Below, piece by piece: positions 13,379 to 27,048 of a DNA stretch of 64,000 bases. The translations under genes and the position numbers were made by a program. Within the stretch, counting starts at the first letter, position 1. Each line of letters starts with the position of its first letter. The stretch comes from Eledone cirrhosa (taxonomy: Eukaryota). The notes below the pieces were generated by a model. It saw only the letters and a program-made list of their open reading frames with translations, had not been told where the DNA came from and ran no database searches. Location of the stretch: the NCBI GenBank assembly GCA_964016885.1, contig CAXHJY010000152.1, positions 62,001 to 126,000 on the forward strand. Direction: 5' to 3'.

Positions 13379-13699
13379 TATTACCACACAAGAGCTAATT
13401 ACACACACAACATTACATAATATGTCACCACTAGGTAAATTTACAAGATGCAGTTAGCACTTTACAAGATTTACAGGCAAAGTTTCTAATACATCATGTA
13501 AATTACCTGTTGGAGTAGTATATCATATGCTAACCTATTATGTAATATAAATATACACATATATATATATACATACACACACTGAATTAAATGAACCTAT
13601 ACGAACATTTGTGTCTGGAATAGAACTTAGACATTCTATCTGATTTCAGCAGCTTCTGCATGATATTGTGATCAAAATATGGCATGTGTATGCATACGT

Positions 13700-13737
<38 letters not shown>

Positions 13738-14699
13738 CTTTACAATGCTCAGCATTTATGGAAGTATAGTACAGTATGTGCATCTGTAAGTGTGTGTAAC
13801 AAATAAAATATTTGATAAGGTTAATTTGAATTAAATTTCAGCTAGTGTATTATGACAGGAGAATTTCCTGTTATAACCTAAGGTAAGTATAATATATCTC
13901 CAGCATATGGACAGGTGTGTGTTTGTGCATATGTATGTGCTTGTATGTGAATGTGTGTGAGTGAATGAATTATACATCTTTAAGAATCATCAATATATGG
14001 TCATGTATGTTTTTGACAGTTTGTATGTTTTTATGTTTGTTTTTTTTACTGTTTAGCCAGGGGAGGGAGAGAGAGAGAGAGAGAGTGTGGTGTGTGGTGT
14101 GTGGTGTGTGTGGTGTGTGTGGTGTGTGTGGTGTGTGTGATATCTATGGCTTCATCGGTATGATCACACTGAGCCATGTATGCCTTAATTTATATGTTAT
14201 CACTGATAGAATGCTGTCATGCAGTCTGAACTGACTAGAGCAACTCCTCACTACCATCACGGCAATGATCAACACTCACCACCATTGTTGTCATCATCAT
14301 CATCGTCGTTAATACCACACAGTCAGTCTTTGAAAGTTACAAAACATTGAAAGTGTTTAGTGTTTATCGAAATACTTAGCATAAGTATTCCCACAACATT
14401 TTAAAAAAATCAAATGAAAAAACATTGAAATTATATAAATAGATAAATAAATAATTAAAATCATTAATTACATTAACTAGGTAGTTGGTCAGATATTTAA
14501 TTCAATGTCCTGAAACTGCACTAGCAAGACATTCTAGGGCCACGGTGTAAAGACTTCAAACAATCCTTTGTTCTGTGTGTGTATATATATTTCTATTGCG
14601 GGTGGGGAAAATACATTGTTTTTCATTCCCCTTTTCCGGTCCATTCACTGCTTAAGGAGTTCATCATAGGCCCTGCCCTCTGTTTATGAATGTAGCAAA

Positions 14700-15250
14700 A
14701 CAAGAAATGACACAGGGATGTCTCTTGTTCAACAATTTTAAAATCTACAGATGTAGCCAGTATATTTCTGCATGCAAGACATGAACCCTAACTGCGAAGA
14801 TAGAGAGAAATATAGAGAATTGAGACTAGAAATGAAATGCTTAAACATTTCATACAAAGACCACATCATATAAGACAGACTTTCACAGTAGAGATACAGA
14901 GAAAGATAGAGACACCAGAAATGAAATGCTATCACAACACATTAAACACTTCATACATAGACCATATCACAAACAAGCAGGTCAGCAAAACAATCCAACA
15001 TCACGATGGACAACATTAAGTTTCCTTCTCACAACAGTGAAGAAAAGAAAGCTGAGATGGTATGTCCATGTAACATGATTCAATGACTATGCAAAGACCA
15101 TCCTACAAGGAACTGGAGGGGGACAAAAACAAAGAAAATGGATGGACCGACAACATTAAACAGTGGACAGGTAAATCCTTGGTGGAGACCCAAGAGGTGG
15201 CACACCTCTGATAGAGAAGACTAGCACACAACATACAACAACAGTGCCAC
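14700..15250 (+). mobile_element. Decayed RTE/BovB-like LINE 3' fragment with an internal duplication
   Basis: Broken frames EMKCY...L..SY.DHITN..V ... TVKKRKLRW..HV ... AKTILQG ... W.DNIKQWTG. Confidence 0.65.
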
Positions 15251-15637
15251 TACGAGTTGAGGGCCAACATTCCAATACATTACTGGCTACTCTGGTAGAT
15301 TTTAGTACAATGACTGCTTCACATCACAAATTGAAGCCTTGACTTAAGTCCAGTAGTTAAGATACTACAAACATTTGGATTAACAAAGCCATTCTTTGTT
15401 AGATATTTTCTGCTAAATCCTTACAAGATGTTAAGAGTTAGATTTAAATTTAATATATATCTTTGTCTGTCCTACCATAAAAAATCCCTGGATTCTTCAT
15501 ATTCATAGAATCCCTGAAGTTTCCTGCACCTCGGATTACGCTACTGGATTACCAAAAAGACTACAACAGATTTTACATTTGAATATATATAAGTCGAACC
15601 ATTGCTAGCTTGTAAAAACGGACATTAAATTACGATA

Positions 15638-15700
<63 letters not shown>

Positions 15701-15854
15701 TTCCCTTTACAGCAATTCTTCCATACTTATGTGTGCACACGTGTATGTAGGTGTGTGTGTGTGTGTGTGTATGAGTATATATACTACATATATAAGTTTA
15801 TCCCGGGTTCAATCGGGGGTAACCACAGTAAGTAAGGTACTCAATACATTAAAT

Positions 15855-16172
15855 ATAGAAATGGCTTCTACAGGGCTAGAACTCTTTCATTCAGGAGAGA
15901 TCATCAGGGCTTCCTGATTTCACCTGAATGAAACAGTTCTAGTTCTGTAGAAGCAATTTCTCTTTATATATATATATATATATATCCTTCCCTTTGAATC
16001 AATTCTTCCATACTTAAGTGCGCACTTGTGTATGTAGGATATATATATATATATATATGAGAAGATTCAGGACCCTGACGGCTGAACTCCGGCCATTTCA
16101 ACAGCTAGATCCGAGTTTGGATCTAGCTGTCAAAACGGCGGGAGCTCAGCCGTCAGGGACCTGAATCTTTCC
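15855..16172. repeat. Two unrelated long inverted repeats (15855-15965 and 16059-16172) between (TA)n tracts
   Basis: Arms include gcttctacagggctagaactctttcattcagg / cctgaatgaaacagttctagttctgtagaagc, and aagattcaggaccctgacggctga..acagctagatcc / ggatctagctgt..tcagccgtcagggacctgaatctt. Confidence 0.9.
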
Positions 16173-16282
16173 ATATTACTCACTCTACTATCCCAAGTAT
16201 TAAGTACTCTGGTGGGTTATGGTCTACCTGATCTTTACCACACCCTATCCGATATATAATACACACACACACATATATATAT

Positions 16283-16470
16283 AAAATTGTTTCTACTTTT
16301 GGCACAAGGCCAGCAATCACTCAGTACATTACTGGTACTTTATTTTATCGACCCCATAAGGATGAAAGGCAAAGTTAACCTCGACGGGATTTGAACTCAG
16401 ACCGTAAAGGGACGTAAATATGCTAGAAAGCATGGCGTCCGACCCTCTACCAACACTACCAATTCACCGA
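16283..16470 (-). mobile_element. tRNA-derived SINE family B (Meta-domain-like body)
   Basis: Minus strand reads ttggtagtgttggtagag...gagttcaaatccc...gcctttcatccttatggggtcgataaaataaagtaccag...ccttgtgccaaaagtagaaacaatt. Other copies at ~17657, 20698, 28190, 44540, 51880, 61093 and 61730. Confidence 0.88.
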
Positions 16471-16544
16471 GTATTATATATATCATATACATATATATAT
16501 ATATCATATATATATCATATATATATATATAATACACACACATA

Positions 16545-16990
16545 TATATATATATAATACATATGCATATAATATATATATATAATACATATACACATAA
16601 TATATATATATAATACATATACACATAATATATATATATAATACATATACACATAATATATATATATAATACATATACACATAATATATATATATAATAC
16701 ATATACACATAATATATATATATAATACATATACACATAATATATATATATAATACATATACACATAATATATATATATAATACATATACACATAATATA
16801 TATATATAATACATATACACATAATATATATATATAATACATATACACATAATATATATATATAATACATATACACATAATATATATATATAATACATAT
16901 ACACATAATATATATATATAATACATATACACATATATATATATATATATAATACATATGCATATAATATATATATATAATACATATATA
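16545..16990. repeat. 28-bp AT-rich minisatellite
   Basis: Unit taatacatatacacataatatatatata; accounts for the YIYIMCIC ORFs. Confidence 0.92.
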
Positions 16991-18129
16991 CACACACATC
17001 TATAGTACATACATATAATACATATACAAACACACATTATATATATATCTATTTTTCCATGCTGGCACAGGTTCGACATATATGTACACATATATTAGCA
17101 TTCATTTGAACTATAGAGAGTATACAGTAAATATATTTTAGTATTTAATACTAACAGGACCCTCAAAATTTATGAAGCCCTGCCAATATGATAGTATTAA
17201 TATCACAATATATTTTCAACTTTATAAGAACCATTGGCATAGATGTCTACATACATACATACATGCGTGTGTGTGTATTTATATTTACAAACACATACAT
17301 TATATATATATATATATGGCTATATATCTGTAGACACACACACACACACACACACACATACATACATACATACATACACATATATATATATATGGCTATA
17401 TATATGTAGACACACACACATACATACATACATACATACATACATACATACACACATATATATATATATATATATGGCTATATATATGTAGACACACACA
17501 CACATATATATATATACATACATACATATATATACATACATATATAGTATAATATTTGTTAACTGTTTACTTCAAAGTTTCAAAGTGACCAGCTTATCCG
17601 AATGCATACAAGTTCTGCAAAAACAAAACAAAAAAACAATAACTAAAACAAAAACAAAATAATTGTTTCAACGTTCGGCACAAGGCCAGCAATTTGAAGG
17701 GGAGGGGGAAGTCAGTTAAATCGACCCCAGTGTGTTACTGGTATTTTATTTTATCAACCTTAGAAGGATGAAAGGCAAAGTTGACTTCAGCAAGATTTGA
17801 ACCCAGAATGTAAAGAGATGAAACAAATACCATAAAGCATTTTGTCTCATGCTCTACCGATTCTGCCGATCAACAAGTGGCAAATAAATACCAGTGAAGT
17901 ACTTAGGGTCAATTTAATCAAGTTTCCCCTCACCCTGCTACTCAAAAACTGTTGGCTTTGTGTCTGAATTAAAAACAATAATAATGATAGTAATAGTAAT
18001 AATAATAATCTTAATACAAGGCTGGGCAAAAGAGAACAATTTCTTTCTAAAAATTTACACAATCCGACACTGATGCTTTTCATATCAGTGTGTCTCAATG
18101 TAAACCAATTCATTAGAAGTGACATAAGA

Positions 18130-19203
18130 AAAAACCCAGGACCCCATATTTACAGGGAGGGGGGGTTCCTCCCCCCTGATCAAGGAACTGGGATGCAGAT
18201 GGACCATAGAATGACACAGCTCACATAATAGGAAATTCCAATATGCAACAAAGAACACTTGTTTTAGGGGGTTGTTGTTTGTTTTTTTGTTGTGTTTCTC
18301 TTAAACATACATCCATTCTATTCCATGGTCATCAAAGTCAGCAAATATATTCACATACAAAAATAGCACTTATTTCAGCAAATAGTTTGACGACAAAATC
18401 TCCCGTTTTGCAAGCATTATTATAATAATATATTCATAGAAAAAGTTGAAGTTTGTTTTTTTTGTTCTGTCTTTTAATAATTATTATTGTTGTTGTTGTT
18501 GGTATTTGAAATTAAAATGTCCATAAATACAGCAATGTAATCTGTTTTGGATCATTAGAATTCAGCTGAAAGGCCACCTATGTTTCTGCTCTGCCATGGC
18601 AGCCCTTCGCTTTCTTCCATCTTCCATTTCATCATCTTCCTCACAGCCCAAAGTTCACTCAGCATTTTTTATTTTTTACAAAAAAAAAAAAAAAAAAAAA
18701 TCTTTAAATGTTTGAGTGAACACACAGTTCACAACCATCAGTTGGTTGAAGAGAAGAACAAAAAAAGAAAATACATTTTATTTCCCTTTTTTTTGTTTCC
18801 GTATTTTCAGTAGATGCAGTTTTTAATTATTTTTCAAAAAAAGAAAAATTAAAAAAAAAAAGTTTACAAATTCTCATAGTTGTAAATATATATATGAGCT
18901 GCTTCTACCAACATGTTTATATCAATGAAGCATATACTACTGCAGAAAGCCCCACGGCAGATGTCCTGTTCTTTTTTGTTTTGTTTTTGTTTGTTTTTCT
19001 GTGTTTTTTTTTTGTTATTTTTTGCTTTGTTTTTGTTTTTTGTAGTCTATTTTGGTAGCCCAGCAAAAAAAATTTTTAAAAATGTTTTCTTCTTTTCTTA
19101 ACCAACCCAATCACATCATCAAAACCCAGAAACCAACCCTTGCCCCAACCCAAGAACATCATGGTATCAGTAAAAATTGTCCATAAAGTGTCCAATGAAG
19201 TTC
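18130..19203 (-). other. Probable 3' UTR of the ZNRF gene (extent uncertain)
   Basis: TE-free, A/U-tract-rich sequence directly after the TGA stop. A minus-strand AATAAA lies near 18668. The true 3' end cannot be read from sequence. Confidence 0.5.
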
Positions 19204-19261
19204 TCAATCAGAAGGGTGTTCTGGGCAGGAACGATTTACTTCAAACCACCTATCAATGCAC
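19204..19261 (-). CDS. ZNRF1/2: ZNRF1/ZNRF2-like E3 ubiquitin ligase, last coding exon (end of RING-H2)
   Basis: Acceptor ttttttcctcag|G, then CIDRWFEVNRSCPEHPSD*. Phase 2 matches the preceding exon (AT+G = Met). Matches the vertebrate ZNRF C-terminus as I recall it (CID.WFEVNRSCPEHP.D). Confidence 0.97.
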
Positions 19262-19832
19262 CTGAGGAAAAAAAGGAGAAACAAAGAATTACATACTGTT
19301 TTAAATAAATACAGTGACAATTGTTTTTTGATACCAGCCTGCCTAAAACTGGTTCTATGATACAAAACCACTCATTTTAAATGATTTTTATTTGAATTAA
19401 AATCTTCCAGCATAATTTTACTTAAGAACCATATCTTATGTTAATAACTTAGTATAATAAAATAATTTTAGTAAATCACTCAAAATTCTTCATTAATTAA
19501 TTCAAATAGAGTGTATTTCATTAGAAATAGTCTAAAAAGGGATAACTGTTTTGATACCAACCTGCCCAAAACTAGCTCTATGATACACAAACACCTGTTT
19601 TAAAGGGCTATTTAAATCAAATTCTTTCAACATAATTTTCTATAAGAACCATGTTAAGTTACTATTTTACTATAATTAAATATTCAATAGTTTTAGTAAA
19701 TCCCACAAAAACCTTTCATTAACTGAAATAGCATATATTTCACATAAAATACAGTCATGAAACCAAACTGCTTCAAACTACTCCTGGTTCTGCAATACTA
19801 AGCTGTTTATTTTAATGTTATAATCATAATCC

Positions 19833-20042
19833 TTTAACCATTTAGCATTTAAACTGGCCGTATCCAGTCAGAATTCTTTCACCTCTTTCTGTTCAAACTG
19901 GCCATAACCAGCTGCTCATACTTATGTTAATGTATTGTTCTCAAAATAAATAATATCAAAATCTGTGAGATAATTAAGAGAGAAAGTGTTTACCATGAAA
20001 ACAATAGTAAATATAGAGTGATGTAAATGCTAAAGAGTTAAC
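19833..20042. mobile_element. piggyBac-like MITE, family 2
   Basis: ttaaccatttagcattta...taaatgctaaagagttaa termini with TTAA. Homologous to 43067-43246. Confidence 0.75.
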
Positions 20043-20697
20043 GCCCATTTTTCCATACTAGCATGGGGTGTCAGAGATGCTGTCTTCCTAAATGTGTTGG
20101 GAGCCAGAGTGGTGGTGGTGATGGGTGCACAGGGATGGTGAGAGTAGCTACCGAGAACTTTAGAGAGGGTGTAGTGATGGTGAGAATAGCTGAGGAGGCA
20201 TAGAAAGGGTGGGAGCATACAGTGATGGTGAAAATAGCTACTAGAGAATGTTATTTGTGAGGGTAGCTACTAAGGAGTGCTAGTTGGTGGGGGATGGGTC
20301 AGGCCACATTTTATTTGGTAGACAGGTCTTCTCCAATACATTCTCTCAGCACTTTGTCATCTGTTGTGAGGTCAGCTTCTTCAAGTTGGTCTTCATTACT
20401 GCATCCCAGTTTTCCCGGGTCTGCCTCTTTCATGGATCCAACCACTGAGATTTCTCTGCATTTCTTTATACAGTTTACAGTTGTCATCTTCCATATGTAT
20501 CACATGTCCATACCAACACAGTCTTCTCTCTTGCACACTATAACCAATCCCTCTTATGCCACATTTTCCTCTCAGATCATTTATGCTACATCATTCATAC
20601 GCATCCATCGGAGAAGAGTTGATTTATAGTATTTTTACTGATGGACAGATCATTGTGAAAATTTGCAGTCTGAGAGTAAAAACTTGAGTAATTCTTC

Positions 20698-20885
20698 ATA
20701 ATTGTTTCTACTTTTGGCACAAGGCCAGCAATTATTCCAGTGTATTACTGGTACTTTATTTTATCGACCCCGTAAGGATGAAAGGCAAAGTTAACCTCGG
20801 CGGGATTTGAACTCAGATCGTAAAGGGACGTAACTATGCTGGAAAGCATGTCCGACACTCCACCGATACTGCCAATTCACCACCC
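20698..20885 (-). mobile_element. SINE family B with a ~14-bp target-site duplication
   Basis: Full head and body; taattcttcataat is present on both sides. Confidence 0.9.
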
Positions 20886-21104
20886 TTGAATAATTCTTCA
20901 TAATGCTGATTCATGTGGTAGAGGATGTTAATAGTTAAAAACTGGAATTTCTAAAGAAATCTACTTGTGTAATTGTAGCCACATACTTCTTCAGTGCTGG
21001 TAAAATTGAAATTTATTCCAGTTTTGTTAAATTCTTTATCTTGATAATAAAACAACACAAAGTATACAACAGGCCAGTATGTAGGTTGAAATAAAAACAT
21101 CCTC

Positions 21105-21390
21105 ATTGTAGTTTGTCGTCCATATTATTATTGGTATTGTTGTTCATATTGTTGTTATTACTGTTGTTGTTGTTGGCATTGTTATTGTTGGTGTTGCTGT
21201 TAGTATTGTTATTGCTGTTACTGTTGTTGTTGCTATTGTTGTTATTGTTAGTATTATTGTTATTGCAATTACTGTTGTTGGCACTGTTGTCGCTATTATT
21301 GTGGTTATTGTTATCACTATTATTATTTTTGTTATTAGTTATTGTTGTTGTTGTTACTATTATTATTGTTTTGCTTTTGTCATTGGTATT
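21105..21390. repeat. Compound (TTG/TTA/CTG)n microsatellite
   Basis: Visible triplet repeat; produces spurious poly-Leu and poly-Asn ORFs. Confidence 0.95.
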
Positions 21391-21394
21391 ATAG

Positions 21395-23210
21395 TGGATT
21401 GGCAGTATCGCTAGAGCATTGCTCTGCGGCAAATAGTTACATCCCTTTATGTTCTGAGTTCAAATCTCACCTAGGTTAGCTTTGCCTTCCCCTACTGGGG
21501 TCTATTTAATCGACTTTCTCCTCCTCCAAAATTGTTAGCCTTGTGCCTAAATCAGAAGCCATTATTAGTTATTGTTGTTGCTTTGTTTGTTAGTATTATC
21601 ATAATGATAGCTTGGCAGTATCAGTAGAGCATCAGACAAAATGCTTTGCAGTATTTAGTTACAAATTTCAACAATTTGAGTTCAAATCCTACCGCGGTCA
21701 ACTTTGCCATTCATCAGCCTGAGGTCGATAAAAGTACCAGTTAAGTACTCGAGTCAATATGACTTTACCTTTCCCCAAATAGCTGACCTTGTGCCAATGT
21801 TAGAAAATGCTATTATTATCTTTATTATTGAAGGGTGGTGGATTAGCAGTATTGGTAGAGCATCAGACATGCTTTGCAGTATATAGATACGCCCCTTTAC
21901 CTTCTGAGTTCAAATCCCATCGCGGTTAACTTTGCCTTTCCTCCTTATGGAGTCAAACTAAATTACCAGTAACACACTGGGATCGATTTAATTGACTTTC
22001 CTCTCTCCCAAAATTGTTGGCCTTGAACCTAATTCAGGAACCAATATAAGGGTGGTGGATTGGCAGAATTGTTAAGGTCTCAAAGTACTTTGTGGTATTT
22101 CTTCCAGCTCTTTATGTTCCGTGTTCAAATCCTAGTGAGGACAATTTTGCCTTTAATCTTTTTTAACCCTCTATGGTCAATGAAATAAAACACCAGTCAA
22201 GAACTAGGGTCATTATAATTGACTTGCCTCTTCCCTTAAATTGATGGCTTTGTACCTAAATTAGAAACCATTATTGTTGAGGTTAACTTTGCCTTTCATC
22301 CTTACGGGGTCGATAAAATAAAGTACCAGTAATGCACTGGGTAATTGCTGGCCTTGTGCCAAAAGTAGAAACAATTATTAGGTAGATTTGAGGGTGGTGG
22401 GTTGGCAGTAGTGGTAGAGCATAGAACACTATACTTTGCAGCATAGAGTTAAGGCCCTTTACAGTCTGAGTTCAAATCCTGCTGAGGTCAGCTTTGCCTT
22501 TCATTCTTACGAAGCCGATAAAATAAAGCACCAGTAATGCAGTGGGGTTGATTTAATTGAATTTCTCCTCCCCCAAAATTGCTGGCCTTGTGCCTATAGT
22601 AGAAACAATTATTAGGCACATTGGCAGAATCATTAGAGCATCAAACAAATGCCAAGCAGCATTTGTTCAGGGTCTTTATCGCAGCAAAGACAACTTTGCC
22701 TTTCGAGTTGATAAAATACAGTCAGTACCAGTCAAAAACTGGGGTTGATATAATTGACTTCACCTTCCCACAAATTACTGGTCATGTGCCTAAATTAGAA
22801 ATCATTATTGTTGTTGCTATTATTGTTGTTAGTATTATTATTATTATTATTATTGTAAAGGGCAGTGGATTGGCAGTATCGGTAGAGAGTCAGACAATAT
22901 GCTTTACGGCATAGAGTTATGACCCTTTACATTCTAAGTTCAAATCCCACCGGGGTAGATAAAATGAAGCACCAGTCATGAACTGGGGTCGATTTAATCA
23001 ACTTTCACCTACCCTTCAAATTGCTGGCCATGTGTCTTAAGTAGAAACAATTATTACTATTGTAAATCCCCTCAAGGTTAACTTTGCCATTCATCCTTAC
23101 ATGGTGAATAAAATAAAGTACCAGTAAAATAGAGTATAGCTGGGGTCAATTTAATTAACTCCCCCTCCCAAAATTGTTGGTCTTGTGCCTAAATCAGAAA
23201 CCATTATTAT
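21395..23210 (+). mobile_element. Head-to-tail array of about 9 diverged SINE family B copies
   Basis: Recurrent ggattggcagta...gagttcaaatc...ctttgcctttcatcc...ccttgtgcc..tagaaac units starting near 21395, 21608, 21833, 22050, 22278, 22390, 22620, 22860 and 23062. Confidence 0.88.
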
Positions 23211-26200
23211 TTTTAAACAATCAATAATATCTATTAAATGTCCTGGCAATACCCGAGGAGAAAAGTTTGAAGTCATTGTAAGCTAACAGTTTCTTAATGA
23301 GCACGTTGATAGTACTTAGAGAAACACGTATATAGACATATACACAGAGACAGGTACACAAAAACATACAAATACAGACACCCACCCATAGACACGTGGA
23401 CAGAAACAAACACTCAGACACAAAATATACTGACACACATACAGATAAAAACAGACCATTATAGTTTAGTACATATACTACTATTACTAGCCCTACTAAC
23501 AAAAACAAACAGTTCATATTTTTTATTTGAGTTTCTCCTTTAATCAAAGCCCAAGTGGATGAAATACTAGATATTGCTAATTGTCTAAATCAACAGGCAT
23601 TTTAACCTTTTTGTTACCATACTATCAAAATAATAAATTTAGGAGGATTTATTAACATAAACTTTCTCATTAAGTGGGTGGTTGAAACATAACACAAAAG
23701 TTCTTACATAAAAGTATGATGGAAGGTTTACAGATAAATATAAACATTTTAACCCTTTTGTTACAATATTTCTAAGATAATGCCTATGATTTTCAAATAA
23801 TTTTTTAAATAATAAAAAAATTGGAAATATTTAGTAATATAACTAAACTGTTTAGAATTAGACATGAGCCTAGTGGCATGTGATATGATAGTTAACTATT
23901 TATTTATTAATTTTATGAATTTCATGTTGCTAACAAAAATTAGTTTGTGTCACAAACAATTTTTATTTTAAAAAGTGTTACACTGTTACCAATATGAAAA
24001 ATTTAGAAAGCTCTGGTATCAATTTCTACTAATATTTAGTTGTTAAGTGGTTAGTGCATTCTGTAAAGTGGTTGGTGTTAGGAATGGCATCCAGTCATAG
24101 AAACCATGCAAAAAAGGGTCAAGAAACCCTCTCAATCATGACAACTTCTCTAGTGTTGGTGCCACAGAAAATTTTAGTGTTCTGACATGTTCTTAGACTA
24201 TTTGTGTATAGAGTTGGGAAGGGCATCTGACCATGGAAACCATGCCAAAATGGAACGTATGAACTAGATGTGGTCACCTGTCCAGCCCAGTCTCAGAACG
24301 TGACAGCCTGTCTGGTCCAGGTAGGTATGGAAAATAGATGTCTAATGATGATAATGATGTGCTCTCTTTACCCCACACCAAATCCCTGAAACACATTTCC
24401 CGTCCAATCCATGCATGGAAAGGTGGACATGCTCCATAATATACTGCCAAGCACAACTCACTCACTTCAAGGCTAACCCCCATGACACACTGCTTGCTCT
24501 CCTACAGTACTGGTGCCATAACAAAAAGCACCTAGTTCCAACTGTGAAGTGGTAATGCTGGTATAAGCAGCCAGTCCACGCTGTATGGTCATCATACTGG
24601 TGCCACAAAAGAAAAAAGCACCCAGTTCACTCTGTAGATTGGTCATGTTGGTACAACAACAAAAAGCACCCACTCTACCCTGCAAGGTGGTTGTGTTGGT
24701 GTCATCACAAAAAACATTCAGTCACCCCTATAAGGGGACAATGCTGATGCCATGGAAAAAAACTCCCAGTACATGTTGTAATGTGGTTGGCATTAGGAAA
24801 GTGTAGAAAACATGCTAAAATTGGATTGTATAGGCAAGACAGTCACCTGACTTGTGTGGTCTCATAGCATAACCCATTTCACTTATGCAAGCATGGAAAA
24901 TAGACATTAAACAGTAATGGTGATGATCATGACGATCATGATATATCAAATATAACATTAACGAGGAAGTTACTTCCTCATTATTGTTAAATTTTCTCTA
25001 ATTATCCATAATTAAACATTAACAAGAGATAAGCCAATCAGAAATTTCTTGATAACAAGGGCACTAATTAAAAAGAAAACAAAATGAGCCAGCAAGAGAT
25101 CTTCTGTGGTTGCTTTACATAAATTAAATATAGCAGCCAAATCTCCCTCACATCACATGACATCCTATATCATAGTTTCATGTGATTTCCATGCTGGCAT
25201 ATGTTGGATGGTTTGTTATTGTCTGGTGGACCACACCTTGTTTTATACGTCCCATTTTTAAACTAATGTTACCATATTTCTAATGAAAGACACTACACTT
25301 CATTTTCAACTAATTTTGAAAATAATAAAAATTTGGGGGGGGATCTGGTAAAATAACAAATCTGGTGTTAGGAACATAAAGCAGGTTCTTACATGAAACT
25401 ATGATAGGTTTTTAGATACATATAAATACTTTAAAATAAACAGTTTTGTATTGCAGAAGCAAAGATAATTTCTGATGGTCTGGTATCAAAATATAAGACT
25501 TATTCAATAATGACACAAAACTGTATTATCAAAATATTTTTGTAAAGTACAACACAATTACATTGCATAAAAAATAAAAATCTTTAGTTTACTGCACATT
25601 TTCACAATCTATCCAGTTGTAAAGCATTTGAGTTAACAAACCAGTCTTTAGATATTTACTGCTAAATTATTACAGGATGTTAAAAGTTAAAAATCAATCT
25701 TAAAGTTCTTATTTCCCTATATATATATATATGTGTGTGTAGCATGAACTGAATATCTCTAAATAAACAACGATAAAGATAGTAATATATATTTATAGAA
25801 CAACTTATTGATATTAGCTGGCAATATATGAAGCAAGCCTGGCTGGAAGTTTTTCTATACATTATTTACATTCCAGCTATTTGACTTTGTAGCAGTAGTT
25901 TCTGAACCTTTTTAGTTCCATGCACTACCATGACACATAAAAAATGTTCATACACCCCTAACCTTTTCATTATATTTTGAATGAAAGACACTGCCTATTA
26001 TTATCAATTAATTTTTAAAATAGTCAAAAGTCTGGAAGGATTTAGTGGTATAACTAACCAGCTTTCTCATTAGTAAGCTGATGTTTCACACATAACATAG
26101 ATTCTTTAGATAAATATAAACACTGAAACAAATAGTTTTGTATCATAGAATCAGGGACAGTTTCAAACAGTTAGGTACCAGAAGGGTTAATGAAAGGAAG

Positions 26201-27048
26201 GACATTGGATAATGTAGTCCAATAGAGGAATGAACCTCTATTTGTCACTCGAATCAATGGATCAGCCTGCTCATGAACAAATGTGTAAGTGGCTGAACAT
26301 GCCATAGACGTGTACTCTTAACATAATTATCATCACCATATTATCATAGATTCAGTGTGTGACATGGCCAGCCCATTAAATTACAGTACAGTCCATTCAA
26401 TAGGCTTCCAAACAGTTTGTCAACCCAATTTCACTCACAAAGCATGGGTCAACCCAAGGTTATGGCAAATAACCCTTGCCCAAGATGCCACACAGTGAGA
26501 TCAAACCTTGGACCTAATGATTGTAAAGCAAGCTTCTTAACCAGTGAGTCATACAGTGTCCAGCCTGAAAAAATATAAACTGACAGTATGATCATGGCTT
26601 AAATACCTTTGATCATAAGTCAGCTGGATAAAGTGTGACCCGGGGTTAAGCAACAACAGCAGCTGCACTGAGAAGCAATGAATTATTTCATCTACTAGTT
26701 GTTCTGAATCTCTACCAATTCTATAAAAACTCATCAATATCATGTTTTTACTTGACACAGTTCAGTTAATGAAAGCAACATGAAAAGATGGTTTGGTCAT
26801 AATTCATATTGCTTGAACAACATATACACAGAGGTTGTGTATAGGTGGAGGAGGGGATAAAGAGAAAGTAGTAGAGGAGATAATTGAAGAGTGATACACA
26901 CACACACACATTTATTAAAATAACAGATTAAAGTTTAAACAAAGAATCGCTGCTTTCACCCTTAACGGGATCTTCTAGGGTTCTTATATATTTGATATAT
27001 ATTTATCCTTATCAAGCCCTTTGGATTTTAGTCTTCACATTTATTATT

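Noticed and set aside
21103-21432. Poly-Leu and poly-Asn ORFs
   Set aside because: Triplet microsatellite.
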